A DNA stretch of 64,000 bases from Sphaerodactylus townsendi (lineage: Eukaryota): positions 73,098,001-73,162,000 of the forward strand of contig NC_059425.1 of NCBI RefSeq assembly GCF_021028975.2. Direction: 5' to 3'. The notes under the pieces are model-generated. The model was not told where the DNA came from. It ran no database searches and worked only from the letters and a program-made list of their open reading frames with translations. Shown here one piece after another: positions 1 to 12,532 of this stretch. A program made the position numbers and the translations under genes. Position 1 is the stretch's first letter. Every line of letters starts with the position of its first letter.

Positions 1-784
1 TAAGGTAGGTCACCAATGGACACCCATACAGGAAACTGAGGCTCCATGTTTTACAATATGGAAGACTGACAGTGAGTTTATATTGTACCTGGGCTCAGTA
101 AACAAGTTTATTGAGCTTCACACACAAAAGCTAAATGCCATTAGCAAGTTCTGGTCAATAATCCTTTTTAGTCAAACATGTAACAGTTTGCAGATTGATG
201 AAAGAAGAATGGATCTATTTCAACTGTGATTTTCAGTACATGTCGAAGAACAGCTCATACCACAAGCAGAAGCAAAAACTAGTGTATTTGCAGTGTGAGC
301 AAAAGTGGGAATCTGAGCCCTGTATAAACAATTCTAAGTGTTGTAACAGAACATCAGCAGTTGCCAGCAGATGATGAAGAAAAAACAGCTAGAATCGAAA
401 TTTTTTTGCTTTCTGTTGCTATTCAGTTCTGGCTAGGCTGCTGTTTCTCAAACTGTATCAGTCACAATATGATACACCAAATACTGACAGATCATTATAC
501 AGTATGAAAACATCAGAATCTATGGCTTTGATCAGCTTGTCAAAATATTCAGGCTTTTGCTATATGAATGAAGCTGACTGTGCTGTAATCTACCACAGGT
601 TTGAGTGAGGAAGGCAGAGCCCAGCAAGATAACCAATACAAAATATTCCTCTGAACCCAGCCTTACAGAATTCAAATGAAGCTTCTCTTAATTCCAGAAG
701 AGGATAGAAAAATAAAGAGCTAATACTTTTTTGGCTATTTTTAAATAAGATGGCTATCAGTTTCCATATTACTGCCAATGATTG

Positions 785-965
785 TTGAGGGATTTTAAGT
801 TAAATCCCCATGGCCATGAAACTCGCTAGGTGAGTGTGGGTCACTCATACAAGCTCAATCTAAGCTACTTCACAAAGGCGTTGTGAGGATAAAATGGGGA
901 AAGTAATTACAAACATCACCCTGAGTCCTTTGGAGAAGGAGCAAGATAAAACACAACAAACAAAC
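785..965 (+). mobile_element. Degraded tRNA-derived SINE, 3' part
   Basis: Similar to the SINE copy at 12535 (ctacttcacaaaggcgttgtgaggataaaatggg). Confidence 0.55.
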
Positions 966-1019
966 AACTGACAAGGGGTAATTCACTGTAGTCCATATGC
1001 AAACACAAAGTTCAGTGGT

Positions 1020-1530
1020 TCAAATGTCAAGGGCTGGCCGCTGGGAATATATGCTGCCCATTTTAAAACAGCTACATTGGCTGCCAGTTTGTTTCCAAAT
1101 TCAATTCAAGATGCTGGTTAAGACCTTCAAAGCCCTCCACAACCTGAGACCCATATATTTGACAGATCATCTCCTTCCACATGTCTCTGTGTGCCAAGTC
1201 ATCAGGCAGCCATCTGCTGACCATCCCATTCCTTAAGTTGGCTCATCTGGCATCAACCAGAGCCTGGACTTTTTCTATTGTGGCTCCGGCTCCTGAAGAG
1301 GTGAGTCGCCACCCCTCACACTCCCTGGACATTATCAGGAAGCACTGCAAGGCTTGTCTGTCTGACAGAACTTCTGAGGGGTTTAGATGGCAAGCATTGG
1401 GGGGGAGGGGGCTTAGGGTGTGCTATACTATCTCTGGTTTTGGCTGGGGATGTTTTAACTATTACTGCAAGCCACCTTGAATCAAGAGGAAAGGCAGGAT
1501 AGAAATGCTTTAATTAGTTAATTACATTTT
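1020..1530 (+). mobile_element. L2-type LINE 3' end
   Basis: PILKQLHWLPV..I.FK motif of the L2 ORF2 C-terminus plus typical tail. Confidence 0.8.
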
Positions 1531-1980
1531 AATTTTAAAAATCATGGTGCTTTCCCCGTTTACACTTTATGTTATTTCCTACCCAGTTATTTTAATAATG
1601 TTTACTGAATAATATTAATATTATTTTGAGCAATGTTGATTTTTGTTTTGTCATTCCACTAGAGGAAATACACTCAGAGAACACTAGTTCTCTACAGTGC
1701 ATTAACATGAACGTCCCCACAACAGTTGCCTAGCCCCACCCTTGCAATTGGGCCCCACAGGTCATTAGATCTTCAAGAACATCATAGGGTTGAAGTCAGG
1801 AATGGCAGTAAGAGGCAGGGGATTAATGAAAGCTGCCCTCTGTCTCCCCTGCAAGCAGAAAAGCCTACTATGAGTAAACAGGGAGCTTAGGATCCTAGGC
1901 AAGGTTTTTCTCCAGAAACATACACATAGTACCTCAGGACTTCAACTTCACATTTCTTCACATTTCTTGTTTCTATATAC

Positions 1981-2073
1981 CTTTCCTATTGTCATCCAGT
2001 CCTTCATTTCCTCAGCATCTGGAATTTCAGTAGTGCATTCTGGGAACCAGTCCACTTGCTCATAAGCACTAGT
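1981..2073 (-). CDS. CMTR1: CMTR1 coding exon 4 ([31 protein letters not shown]); gene continues beyond the left end of the window
   Basis: tttgcag acceptor, AAG|gtatat donor; 93 nt; conserved [11 protein letters not shown]. Confidence 0.93.
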
Positions 2074-2399
2074 CTGCAAACACATAAAAGGAGGATTTGA
2101 ATTGAGGGCCATCCATTCCAATAAGATCAACACCCTGACATATGGAAGTCTAACAGCCTGTACTCTGGGGATTCAAAATAATAACTTCAAAGAATATTAG
2201 TGTGTTTTAAATTAATACAGAACAAAATATTTTACTAATACAGAACAAAATATTTTACTTCCAATATGTTTTATTTTAGCCAGCATTCTTGAAATCTGAA
2301 GCCAGCTGCCAAACCATAAACTCTGAAATAGAGGGTTCGTCACCAACCTCACACAAGCAAGTAGCAAGAAAAGGACATACCAGACCCTTTTACTCCTAC

Positions 2400-2558
2400 C
2401 TCTGGTTCATCCTTCCAGTTGACGGTCAACTTTCCATCAAAGCCTTTCAGAGTCAGCCCCAAGCCTCTTCTTCCTTTCTGTTGGGAAGCTTCAACAATGT
2501 CTTGCCTCCCTTGGTTATACTTTCCAAGGCCATCACCTTCTCGAAATCCCATTTTGGC
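2400..2558 (-). CDS. CMTR1: CMTR1 coding exon 3, G-patch domain ([34 protein letters not shown]...DEPE)
   Basis: Canonical G-patch motif; tttatag acceptor, GAG|gtagga donor; 159 nt, phase 0. Confidence 0.95.
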
Positions 2559-3023
2559 CTATAAAGCAATGCACAAAAAGCATTTTGATAGTACCTGGCA
2601 TCAAATGTACACACTTCTGTCCCTGCTTAGGCTGAGAGGCAATTTTGTAGCTTTGGACTACAGGGATTACAAAGTTCTCAGTGGACATCATGCATCTCAC
2701 AGGAGACCTTCTTTACTCCCTGACAAGTTCATTCCACTTACCATGCTACTTAGATTTAAAGAAAACTAGATCCACTGTGCGTAAAGGTAACATTGCAAAC
2801 AAACTAACTGTGGGAAGCCAAGGCGCCACTTGTCATCACCATCACCAGATGTTTTGAAGTACAACTACTTTGGACTGTTGACATCAGAAGCTTGGAACAA
2901 AGCAGGGTATATATTGAAACATATTGAAACCTACAGCAGTTTAGATGAATTGGTCAGACAGTAAATAAGAGAGAATTCTGTCTGCCAGTATCCTTTAGTA
3001 AGAACATGTATTTTCAAACTGTA

Positions 3024-3173
3024 GCCCCTTCCGCATAAGCAGAACAATGCGCTTTCAATCCACTTCCAGTGCACTTTGCAGCTGAATTTTACTGTGCAGA
3101 ATAGCAAAATCCACTTGCAAGCAATTGTGAAAGTGGACTGAAAGTGCATTATTTTGCATGTGCGGACGGGGCC
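3024..3173. mobile_element. PIF/Harbinger-like palindromic MITE
   Basis: TIRs gccccttccgca...tgcggacggggc; same family as 4339-4479. Confidence 0.75.
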
Positions 3174-4284
3174 TGTATATCAGGAAGCCCTGGGATTCTT
3201 GGAAGCTTATCAGGGGTATTAAGTAACAAATAAACAATGGTAAACAAGCTTTCCTGCAAGAGAACATGCCAATGACTGTCATCAGTGTGAAGTTACAAGA
3301 GGGTTGGAGATGTATTATATGTATACTATCAATTCACACAGGGCAATAGTGGCCAATGTCTTATACAAACTGTGTGTAAGTCTGATATGCCCTACAATTC
3401 CCTGGAGACCACTGGGATTCCTTAGCCAACATGCTGACATGAAAGCGGTTCTATAAAAATAAACATTTGGAGACCATCAAGTTACACCCAGTCTCTCCAT
3501 CATTAGATCTAACCTGTTGTATTTTGCACAAAATAATTGTCATTTAACAGGGATCTTGTTATCACAGAGAAATGATCAAGTGACAGGGCAACGAAGTGAA
3601 GATCTGCCTTTGAGAAGATTAACAAATCTCTATTCCTCTTCTGCAATTCAGAAGAATCAAAAATAGCTGAAGTGAAGGCCCAGCTTGTGTCAAACCTCTT
3701 TGAACAATTCACTCTGCAAGACTTGGGTCTCTCTTATTCCCATTCTTTTTAACAGCCTTACCACAGATGCATGCCTGAGTCCTCCCTCACAATGTTAGGA
3801 ATTGATATTTTAATAAGACCACAATTTGGCATATTAACTGAAAGTTTCTTATTTCGTAACCTACAGCAATTTACAGTTGTGCTTTACTGGCATTAGGTTC
3901 TACTGTTTTTATTTATTTGTTGCATGTTACCTTGGGCAACAGAGAAAAGAAGGCTGATTTCAGATTTTATGTGTATCAACTGTTTTCCTTGCTTAAGGAA
4001 AGCATTCATGCTTAACCCTAACACAGGACAGAGAAAACAAATAAAAATAGGGGAACAACAGACAGTCAACTAGAACTGTACTCTGTGTTTGAAAGAAGCA
4101 AAAAGCTACTTTGAAATATAGATGGTTTGGTGCCTATCTAACTTACAGTACCAATTAATCAAAACAATGGGAAGAACTCATTCAGCTACCAGTAATATAA
4201 CTGGTTGATAGCTGATAACACTGAGTCCTCTATTAATGAACATAAAAATATATGCTAATGCAAAGGGAATTTGGAAGGCCATAA

Positions 4285-4662
4285 GAGCAGCAGAGGCATA
4301 ATGGTTAAGAGTAGGTGCACTCTAATCTGGAGAACTGAGGCTCATTCCGCACATGCAGAATAATGTACTTTCAAACTTCTTTCAGTGCTCTTTGAAGCTG
4401 TGCGGAATAGCAAAATCCACTTGCAAATAGTTGTGAAAGTGGTTTGAAAAGGCATTCTTTTGCGTGTGCGGAAGGGGCCTGAGTTTGATTTCCTTCTCTG
4501 CCGCTTGAGCTAGTCACAGCTTTTTGGAGCTCTCTCAGTCCCACCCACCTTACAGGGTATTTGTTTGGGGAGGGGGAAGGGAAAGGAGATTGTAAGCCCC
4601 TTTGAGTCTTCTTATAAGAGAGGAAGGGGGAAGGGGGTATAAATCCAAACCCTTCTCTTCTT
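4285..4662 (+). mobile_element. tRNA-derived SINE interrupted by a MITE
   Basis: A-box-like head, body like the 12535 copy, ctt-rich tail. Confidence 0.75.
4339..4479. mobile_element. PIF/Harbinger-like MITE nested in the SINE
   Basis: TIRs GGC..ttccgcaca / tgtgcggaa..GCC; 3-bp TSD TGA (4336-4338, 4480-4482). Confidence 0.8.
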
Positions 4663-5218
4663 CCTACCAACTGTCCAGGCTTCTTTAGGAAACCCTTCGT
4701 CACAGAATCAGAACCGAGCTATGAATGAAACTTGTTATAACGTAGACCTTGCAATAGGAAGGTAATTACTGAATAAAAAGAATTAAAGCTGTTCAAGGTA
4801 GGCAGGCAGCTGTGACACAAAAAAAGAAATAGTGCCAAGTTATTTTCACAGTCTTAATTTCTTCACTCAGAAGAACCACACCACAGACAACTAGAGTCTT
4901 TAAGCAAACACAGTAGTTGTGTAAACCATGTGTAAACCATGAGGCAGGGTTGTCCTTTAGTTTCATGGTGGAGATTCTGCATTTTTAACATCTCAGTAAT
5001 ATGCTAAAATTCAATGAGCAATGATTTCCTCAGCACTGCATCTCCAAGCTGAGCATATCATCTTTTTCTGCATGCTGCAGGAATGCACATGGTGCCAAAC
5101 AGCAATATGACTTCACTGCCCTAAACTAGGAGTTAAGTATATTTCAGAGTCACTGAACTAAGAAGTCATTTGAAATTCTGATAGCAAATAAGGGGCATTC
5201 TGAGTATAAGGTGTAGAA

Positions 5219-5404
5219 CAGTGGTTCTCAACCTGTGGGTTGCAACCCCTTTGGGGGTCGAACGACCCTTTCACAGGGGTTGCCTAAGACTTTCTGCATC
5301 AGTGTTCTCCCTCTGTAAAATGGATAAATGTTAGTGTTGGGGGACACCACAACATGAGAAACTGTATTAAAGGGTAGCGGCATTAGGAAGGTTGAGAAGC
5401 ACTG
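5219..5404. mobile_element. hAT (Charlie-like) MITE, family 1
   Basis: TIRs cagtggttctcaacct / aggttgagaagcactg; 8-bp TSD GTGTAGAA. Confidence 0.88.
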
Positions 5405-5412
5405 GTGTAGAA

Positions 5413-5560
5413 CAGGGGTAGGGAACCTGCGGCTCTCCAGATGTTCAGGAACTACAATTCCCATCAGCCCCTACCAGCATGGCCAATTGGCCATGCTGAC
5501 AGAGGCTGATGGGAATTGTAGTTCCTGAACATCTGGAGAGCCGCAGGTTCCCTACCCCTG
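5413..5560. mobile_element. hAT MITE, family 2 (148-bp near-perfect palindrome)
   Basis: TIRs caggggtagggaacctg; 8-bp TSD GTGTAGAA on both sides. Confidence 0.9.
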
Positions 5561-5593
5561 GTGTAGAAGAATCCAAAAAGAGAACATAAATAC

Positions 5594-6070
5594 TGGTTGT
5601 GGTGGGTTTTCTGGGCTGTGTGGCCATGGTCTGGTGGCTCTTGTTCCTAATGTTTCGCCTACATCTGTGGTTGGCATCTTCAGAGGTGTATCACAGAGAG
5701 AACACACTGCGTTTTGCCTACATCTGCGGCTGGCATCTTCAGAGGCGTATCAAAGAGAGTTACACACTGTGTCCAGACTTCTCTTATAACAAACTTCTCT
5801 CTGTGATACACTTCTGAAGATGCCAGCCACAGATGCAGGCGAAATGTTAGGAACAAAATCCACCAGACCACAGCCACACAGCCACTTTTGCTCAACACTG
5901 TGGATACTCAATTGTGTGGGTCCTTCAGGGGTCGATTTTGTCTCCCATGCTTTTTAACATCTATGTGAAGCTGCTGGGGGAGGTCATCAGGAGATCTGGA
6001 GTAAACACAGCCCGGAAAACCCACCACAAACAGTTGAATCCGGCTGTGAACGCCTTCGACAATACATAGA
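5594..6070. mobile_element. Penelope-like terminal-repeat element in inverted arrangement, with hammerhead-type cores; interrupted at 5884-6005
   Basis: Arms about 5594-5700 and 5797-6035 are reverse complements; ctgaagatgcc...ggcgaaa cores on both strands. Confidence 0.7.
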
Positions 6071-6334
6071 ACATAAATAGTTGCATGGGATTCAATTTGC
6101 TTCAAAAAAAATCATATCTCAACCTAGGTTAAAGGACTGTAATTCAGATTTCTTTAGGCCAGCATCATTATACTTCCACCTGAAATGCCAACATTAAAAA
6201 CGGAAAGCAGAGAGAAAATCCTCTCTCTAGAATAGTTGGCATTCTGAAGACCCAATTACTGTTACTATAAAAATGACCAAGGCTGCAAAAGACCCAAGAA
6301 CGTAGAAGTCCTGAAACCACAGATGCCTATAGAG

Positions 6335-8215
6335 ATTGATTTATTGATATTTTTATTCTGCTCTGTACCCGAAGATTTCAGGGCAGGTTACAACATAGGA
6401 TAAAACCCATAAAATCCAATAACATAAAAACAATTACGATCAATAACAACAAAACCTATTTAAAATCCATAAAACCTATTAAAAGCTATTAAAGTGCATA
6501 AAACCTAGGCCGTTTCCGCACGGGCCAAAAACGGCGGCCTGGGAACGGTAAAAACGGCAGGCCGCCGTTCGCACAGGCGGCAGCGCCGACCTGGCTCCCC
6601 TTCCCCTCCCTCAGGGCGGTGTCAGGCCATCCTCAAAAACACCCCTTTAAAGGGGTGTTTTTGAGAAAACAGCGTGTTCCCTGCGGCGTGGTGCGAACGG
6701 CACCGCCGGGAACACGCTGTTTCCCCCTTCCCTCGATTACTTGCCTTGTCCCCGTCGTCGCCCTGCTATCTTCCTAAGCCCCGCCCACGCTGTCCTCTGA
6801 CCCCTGGAGGTCGGAGGGCAGTGTGGGCAGGGCTTAGGAAGACAGCAGGGCGACGACGGGGACAAGGCAAGTAAGCGAGGGACAGGGAAGAGGCGGCTCC
6901 ATGCGGAGCCGCCTCTCCTGCGCCGGCCTCTGCTGGGGCCGCTCGCACGCTTGCGTGCGAACGGCCTCCACCCCCACGCCGGCAGAATTCTTGCTGGCGT
7001 GAGGGCGCCCGGAGGCCTGTGCGGAAAGGGCCCTAGTAAAATTCATAAAACTGATTTTAAAAATCATATTACCAGAGGGTGAAACCATCTCTTCAGCCAA
7101 AGGCCAGGGAAAATAGGTTGTGTATCTACCAATTTTCTAAATTATGTAAAGAAGATGCTTGACGCACCTCAGGGGAGAGATTGTTCCATAATCTTGAATT
7201 GGGCTCGGTAGCAAATTGGCAGCTAGCACAATCTTCGAAGACTGGCATGATGTGCATCTGGCCAGCAGTGCCGGTTAGCAGTCTTGCTGCTGCATTTTAC
7301 ACTACCTGCAGCTTCCTACATCTTCAAGGGCAGTCCCACATAAAGCACAATCCAATAGTCCAATCTGGAGGTTACCAGAGCATGAATTCCTGCAGCCAGA
7401 TCATCTATGCCCAGAAGGGGCCATCACTGGCGAACCAGCTCTATCTGAGAATGGGTACTCCTGGCCACTGTCACTAGCTGAGCTTCAAGTGTCATAGCAG
7501 AGTCCAGGAGCACCACCAGATTTCGCATCTATCCCTTCCAGGGCAATGCAGCACCATCAAGTACAGGATATCTACCCAAGACCCACTGAAACATAGCACC
7601 TCCACCTTGTTGGGATTCAGCTTCAATTTCCTGGCCCTCATCCAGCCAATTACTGCCTCCAAGCACTGGTCAAGAACATCAACCACTTCTCCTGATTCAG
7701 ATGGTACAGTGGGACAGAGCTAAGAATCATCAGCATACCGATGGAACTTTACTCCAAATCTCCTGATGACCTCCCCCAGCAGCTTCACATAGATGTTAAA
7801 AAGCACGGCAGACAAAATCGACCCCTGAAGGACCCACACAATTGAGTATCCACAGTGTTGAGCAAAAGTCTCCCATGACTACTCTCTGGTACAAGCCTCG
7901 GAGGTGGGAGTGGAACCATCCCAAAGTAGTGCCTCCAGCTTCCAAGCTCTGTAGCCTTTCCAGGAAGACACTGCGGTCAACAGTATCACAAGTTGCCAAA
8001 AGATCCAGAAGGACCAACAAGGTCGGACTGCCCCTCTCTCTCTCTCCTGGAAAAGGGCATCATTCAGAGTAACCAAGGCAGTTCCAGTTCCATGACTGGG
8101 CCTGAACCCAGACTGAAATAAGACTAAATAATTAGCTTCTTCCAAGCACACCTGCAGTTGCATGGCCACAATCCTCTGTAATATCTTGGCTTAAAAAGGT
8201 ACGTTAACCATTATG
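6335..8215 (-). mobile_element. Decayed L2-type LINE (RT region plus 3' tail) with a nested MITE
   Basis: Minus-strand fragments FQSGFRP.HGT.TAL, LVLLDL.A..DTVD and WM..KLKLNP.K.E. Confidence 0.85.
6508..7032. mobile_element. GC-rich PIF/Harbinger-like non-autonomous element with an internal hairpin (about 6737-6875)
   Basis: TIRs ggccgtttccgcac / gtgcggaaagggcc; 3-bp TSD CTA. Confidence 0.82.
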
Positions 8216-8737
8216 CATTAGTTGTTTAGATCTTCAGGATGATAACAAGACCTAAAAATGTCAGGATCTTTTCTAGCTTTTTTACCGTTTCTACCTATTA
8301 GGCTCTGCTTCCTGACTTTCCAGACTTGCTGTCTATGAATGTATGGAGAATATTAAGGTGATACTGACAGGGCAACAGGTGAGACAAGGCAGGACTGGAG
8401 CCCACAAGGAGTACTAGGTGGTCTACATAGTAAATACCATCTTCTGGCCACTGAACGTCTACCCAAAGTAACCACTCTATGGCCTTGGCTTTTAAAAGCT
8501 TCTTTCCACAGCTGCTGAAAACAGAATCCAGTTCTAAACAATAAAATCAACAACCAAAGCAACATTATCCAGAATCTGCAACATAACCGTGACCATGCAG
8601 ACTGCCAGTTCCCACAACTGAAAAAAAAAATCCCACACTGAAAACATCTTGGGGGTTCTAATAGAGAAGTCAAGGGAATCAGGCATACGGGGTAGAATTG
8701 AAAGTTGGGTTGGGCTTCTGCAGAAGCTCTGACCTAC

Positions 8738-8883
8738 CATGAGCTTCTGAGACACGCTGCTATACATCAAGTAGCGGGCACTTGTGCTCTCCACAAGAGA
8801 GTCTGCTCCAAGCTTATTGCCAATGCCAGGTTGCCTCTCATTGCTCTCGCTGTCAGATTCGCTGCTGCTTGTGGTGGAAGACT
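8738..8883 (-). CDS. CMTR1: CMTR1 coding exon 2 ([18 protein letters not shown]...[23 protein letters not shown])
   Basis: ttatcag acceptor, ATG|gtaggt donor; 146 nt, phase 1 to 0; matches CMTR1 ADSLVE..YxMYxxVSQKLM. Confidence 0.92.
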
Positions 8884-9109
8884 CTGATAATGAAAGAGAG
8901 AGAAGAACCAGTATTTCTCAATCAATATGTGACAACAGTATCCTCAGAGACTTACATCTCCATGGAGGGCTGGAAATTTATTTCAGCATTCTGCAGGATG
9001 CTATGGACAGCAGACGAACTTCCACATTAACAGAAGGCCATTGAGTGACCAGGAGAAAATATCGGACACACATGGATGTTATGAACAAAACAGTGACATT
9101 CAGTGAGGA

Positions 9110-9275
9110 AGAAGAGTTGATTTTTATGCCCCACTCTTCTCTACCTTAAAGAGTCTCAAAGCAGCTTACCATCTCAATCCCTTCCTCTCCTTTGTGAGGT
9201 AGGTGAGGCTGAGAGGGTTCTGAGAGAACGGTGATTGGCCCAAGGTCACCCAGCAGGTTTCATGGGGAGGAGTGA
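9110..9275 (-). mobile_element. SINE 3' part
   Basis: gaagaagagttgatttttatgccc..., reverse complement of the SINE tail. Confidence 0.65.
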
Positions 9276-9282
9276 GGAAACA

Positions 9283-9527
9283 AACCCGCCCACGCTGCCC
9301 TCCGACCCCTGGAGGTCGGAGGGCAGTGTGGGCGGGTCCCTACAGCCCTCCAGAGCGATGCTGGACATGATGGTGAGTGGAGGGGGCTGACTGAGAGGTG
9401 GCTCTGCCTCTCCGGCTGGGGGGGAGTAGGAGCTGCTTGCACGCTAGCATGCGAACGGTTCCCGAGCCTCTACCTGCATAAATTATGCCAGTAGAGGCTT
9501 GTTTCCACCTGTGTGCGGAAAGGGCCT
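9283..9527. mobile_element. Partial copy of the 6508-7032 Harbinger-like family
   Basis: Shared ccgcccacgctg..cccctggaggtcggaggg core and right TIR tgtgcggaaagggcc. Confidence 0.7.
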
Positions 9528-9544
9528 GAAACATAATAATCAGA

Positions 9545-10300
9545 GACAATCTGGCTGCAATAATCCATGCTCTGGCAACCTCCAGATTGGAATACTGTAA
9601 TGCACTTTACATGGGGCTGCCCTTAGGGTTCAGAAGCTCCAGCTAGTGCAGAACACACCATGAGAAGATAGGGGTAGGTACAGCAGCAAGACTGCTAATG
9701 GGTCTGGAACCAGATGCACATCATGCCGGTCTCAGAAGAACTGCACTGGCTGCCAATTCACTACTGAGCCCAATTTAAGCTGCTATATTTGACTTATAAA
9801 GCCCCAAACAGCTTGGGCTCCAGATATCTAAAGGAACACCTTCTCCCATATTGACCTGCCTGTAAGATAAGTAGATGAAGCCCTTCTGGTGGTTCCACCT
9901 GCTCAATGCTAGAAAAGGTGGAGACCCAAAATAGAGCTTTTTCAGTGGTGGCCCCAAGACTATAGAACAATCTCCCTACTGAGGTGGAGATTGTATACGC
10001 ATTTAGAAAACTAATAAATACATGTGTATTTCCCCCTGGCCTTTGGCTGAAGAAATGGTTTCCCTCTTCTTGTAATAGGAATTTTAAAATATGGTTTATG
10101 AATTTTAAACAGATTTTATGAATGTTAATCTTATGAATTTTAATAGGTTTTATGGGTTTTTAAAAAGTTTTATTGGTATATTGTTACATATTGCATTTGT
10201 TTTTAGGTTATTGGTATTTTATAATTTTTATCTGAACCTGCCTTGAGACCTTTGGGTATAAGGCAGGCTAAAAAATACATATTAAATAAATAAATGAATA
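9545..10300 (+). mobile_element. L2-type LINE 3' end
   Basis: SRLEYCNALY..GLP and LHWLPI remnants; aataa-type tail. Confidence 0.78.
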
Positions 10301-12532
10301 AGGAAATGTGATTATTTTAATATACAATATATCATGTGTATATAAATACATTATTGAAAGATCTGTTGCTGTCAATGTCATAAAGTTAACAGAGGCTCCA
10401 ATTAGGGAGAGCACTGCAGCAGGCAAAAAAAGTGAGGAGAACGCAGTGCGGCAGCGCCTCCAAAGGGGCTTCAGGCGGCACAGGAGGAAAGATAAACAAA
10501 AAACCCTCCAGCCACCTGAACTGCCCCATATGCCAGACAGGCTCACGCCACACAAAATCTGCAGGTCCAGAGAATGGTGTTCCCAAGCTGGAATGCTGGT
10601 AGGAACATCCACTTCCCAGGAACATCCCCAGGCCACCCACCTCCACGCCAGAGTCCAAGTGCGCTGCTCTGCAATGGCCCTGACTTCCAGCTTTCACCAC
10701 CACAGAGCTGAGGGGCAGCTGGTCGCAGGCGCCTTTGCCTTCTACACTGGCAAGACTACCACTTGTGCTGGTGGGGAAACATTTTGGCATAGCAATCTGC
10801 CACTACCTATGAGAATCTGGTCCCCCACATCTGGATTGGGCCGCCCCTCAATATTCAAATATGCTGCTGGGTAGGATGCTGGGCAGGATATTACACTGAG
10901 CAGGATTCAAACTAAACCAGACCCCCTCATGTCAAGCCTCAAGCTTCCCCTATCCCCCAGGAGTAGCCTTCTGTGAAAATCAGCGGGCTACAGATGGAAG
11001 GGAAAAGCAATAAAGTTTTGTCCCACTGATAAAAAAAGTTAGTCAAATTCCACCATATGAGTATGCAGGTAACATTTTCTTTTCAGGATATCAGGCATCT
11101 ATGGTGGGATATCTGTCTGTGGTACCCTCATTCTGTCCCGGGTATTTATACTCAGTTTGCTTATAGAAAATATAGTTTAGCATATAAAATTGTACTGTTT
11201 TGCATATTTATAAAATTTAATTTTATAAACATTTTCATATATGCTAAACGACATATGGTGCATTTTCAGCTGTTAAAGTAGTAAAATAAGTTTAGGATTG
11301 ATAAATAAATATTGCATATATTTCACTCCTAACCCCTGCCAATTCTAATTTTTTTCCCCATGGCTTCAATATTTCTGGAAATCTTACATCTCTGATACAG
11401 TATATAGGAACTGCATTCTATAGAAATTAGCAGCAGAGAATTTCAGTGCCACCAGCTGATCTTTGACCCCACTTTATGTCTGAGGCAAGCTGGTCACAGA
11501 CCCAAGGCAACGAAGTTCAGATATAAATTGGCATCAAAGTCAATAACAGACAATGCACAGCTCTGTAAACATAGACTCAGTAATACAAAGAACAAATGGA
11601 ATTAGATCAAACCTTTCTGGTCTACCAGGGTGAGTTTTTCCTACAGTGCTTGTCTTTGGCAAGTCCTGTGAGAAGACTTTGTTCAGATGATGTGACAGAT
11701 CTTTAATCTCTCCAAGAAGCAAAACCTTTTTCCAAGCAACAGAAGATTTTGTTTCCTGATATAAAAAAGCTACTGAGCCAAAAATGAAGCTGAACCTAAG
11801 CTGATATAGAATTCTTAGCTATGGAAAAACTGTGATCTCTCTTATCCAATCACAATTTTCAACAACAGTTTTATTAAAATCTGCTTAGGTGCATAAACCA
11901 TACAATTTATATAAAAACAGAATACCTCTCCAAATATAAGTCAACAATCAGTCCCTTTCAAATAACTACTCTCCACTTCTGTGGGTTAATATAAAACCCC
12001 AGCCTTTGCTATTAAAACAGAACAGCTGAAAAGTGAGAATGGCTCCTAAACTTTCAGCTGGCATCTCGAGACACCAAAAAAACCCATCCCTTTCAACACC
12101 TAGGCTAGAAGCTAACCATAAAAAGTCGACCGTCTTGCGTTTTCAACACCAGGGGCATTCAGATCCACATCATAACAATAATCAAGTGTTTTGGAGTACC
12201 CAGAAGAAGGCAGCCCAGATATCATGTTAGCCTAGCAGTCTAGTCTGAGGGCAATATCTGACTTTGACAGAACTGACAGAACATCCTTGCTGTTTAGAAG
12301 AAAGGCCAAAACCAGTCCATCATCTAGTAGAGCTTAGAAAGGGGGGGCCAATTACGTCATCATAGTGACAGCTAAGATAGTAACATGCTGTGGATTTTGT
12401 CAATTAACTTGCAAAGTTGTGATAACCACATTAATTATTAAGTGCTTGCCCAAAAACACATAAACACTGTATAAAGCACAAATTAAAAGATGTGATTAAA
12501 TATATCATATATAGCGCCAACAGCAATAGAGG

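Noticed and set aside
10308-10874. 188-aa ORF on the + strand
   Set aside because: Antisense within a CMTR1 intron, non-ATG start in an AT-rich L2 tail, no recognisable domain or splice support
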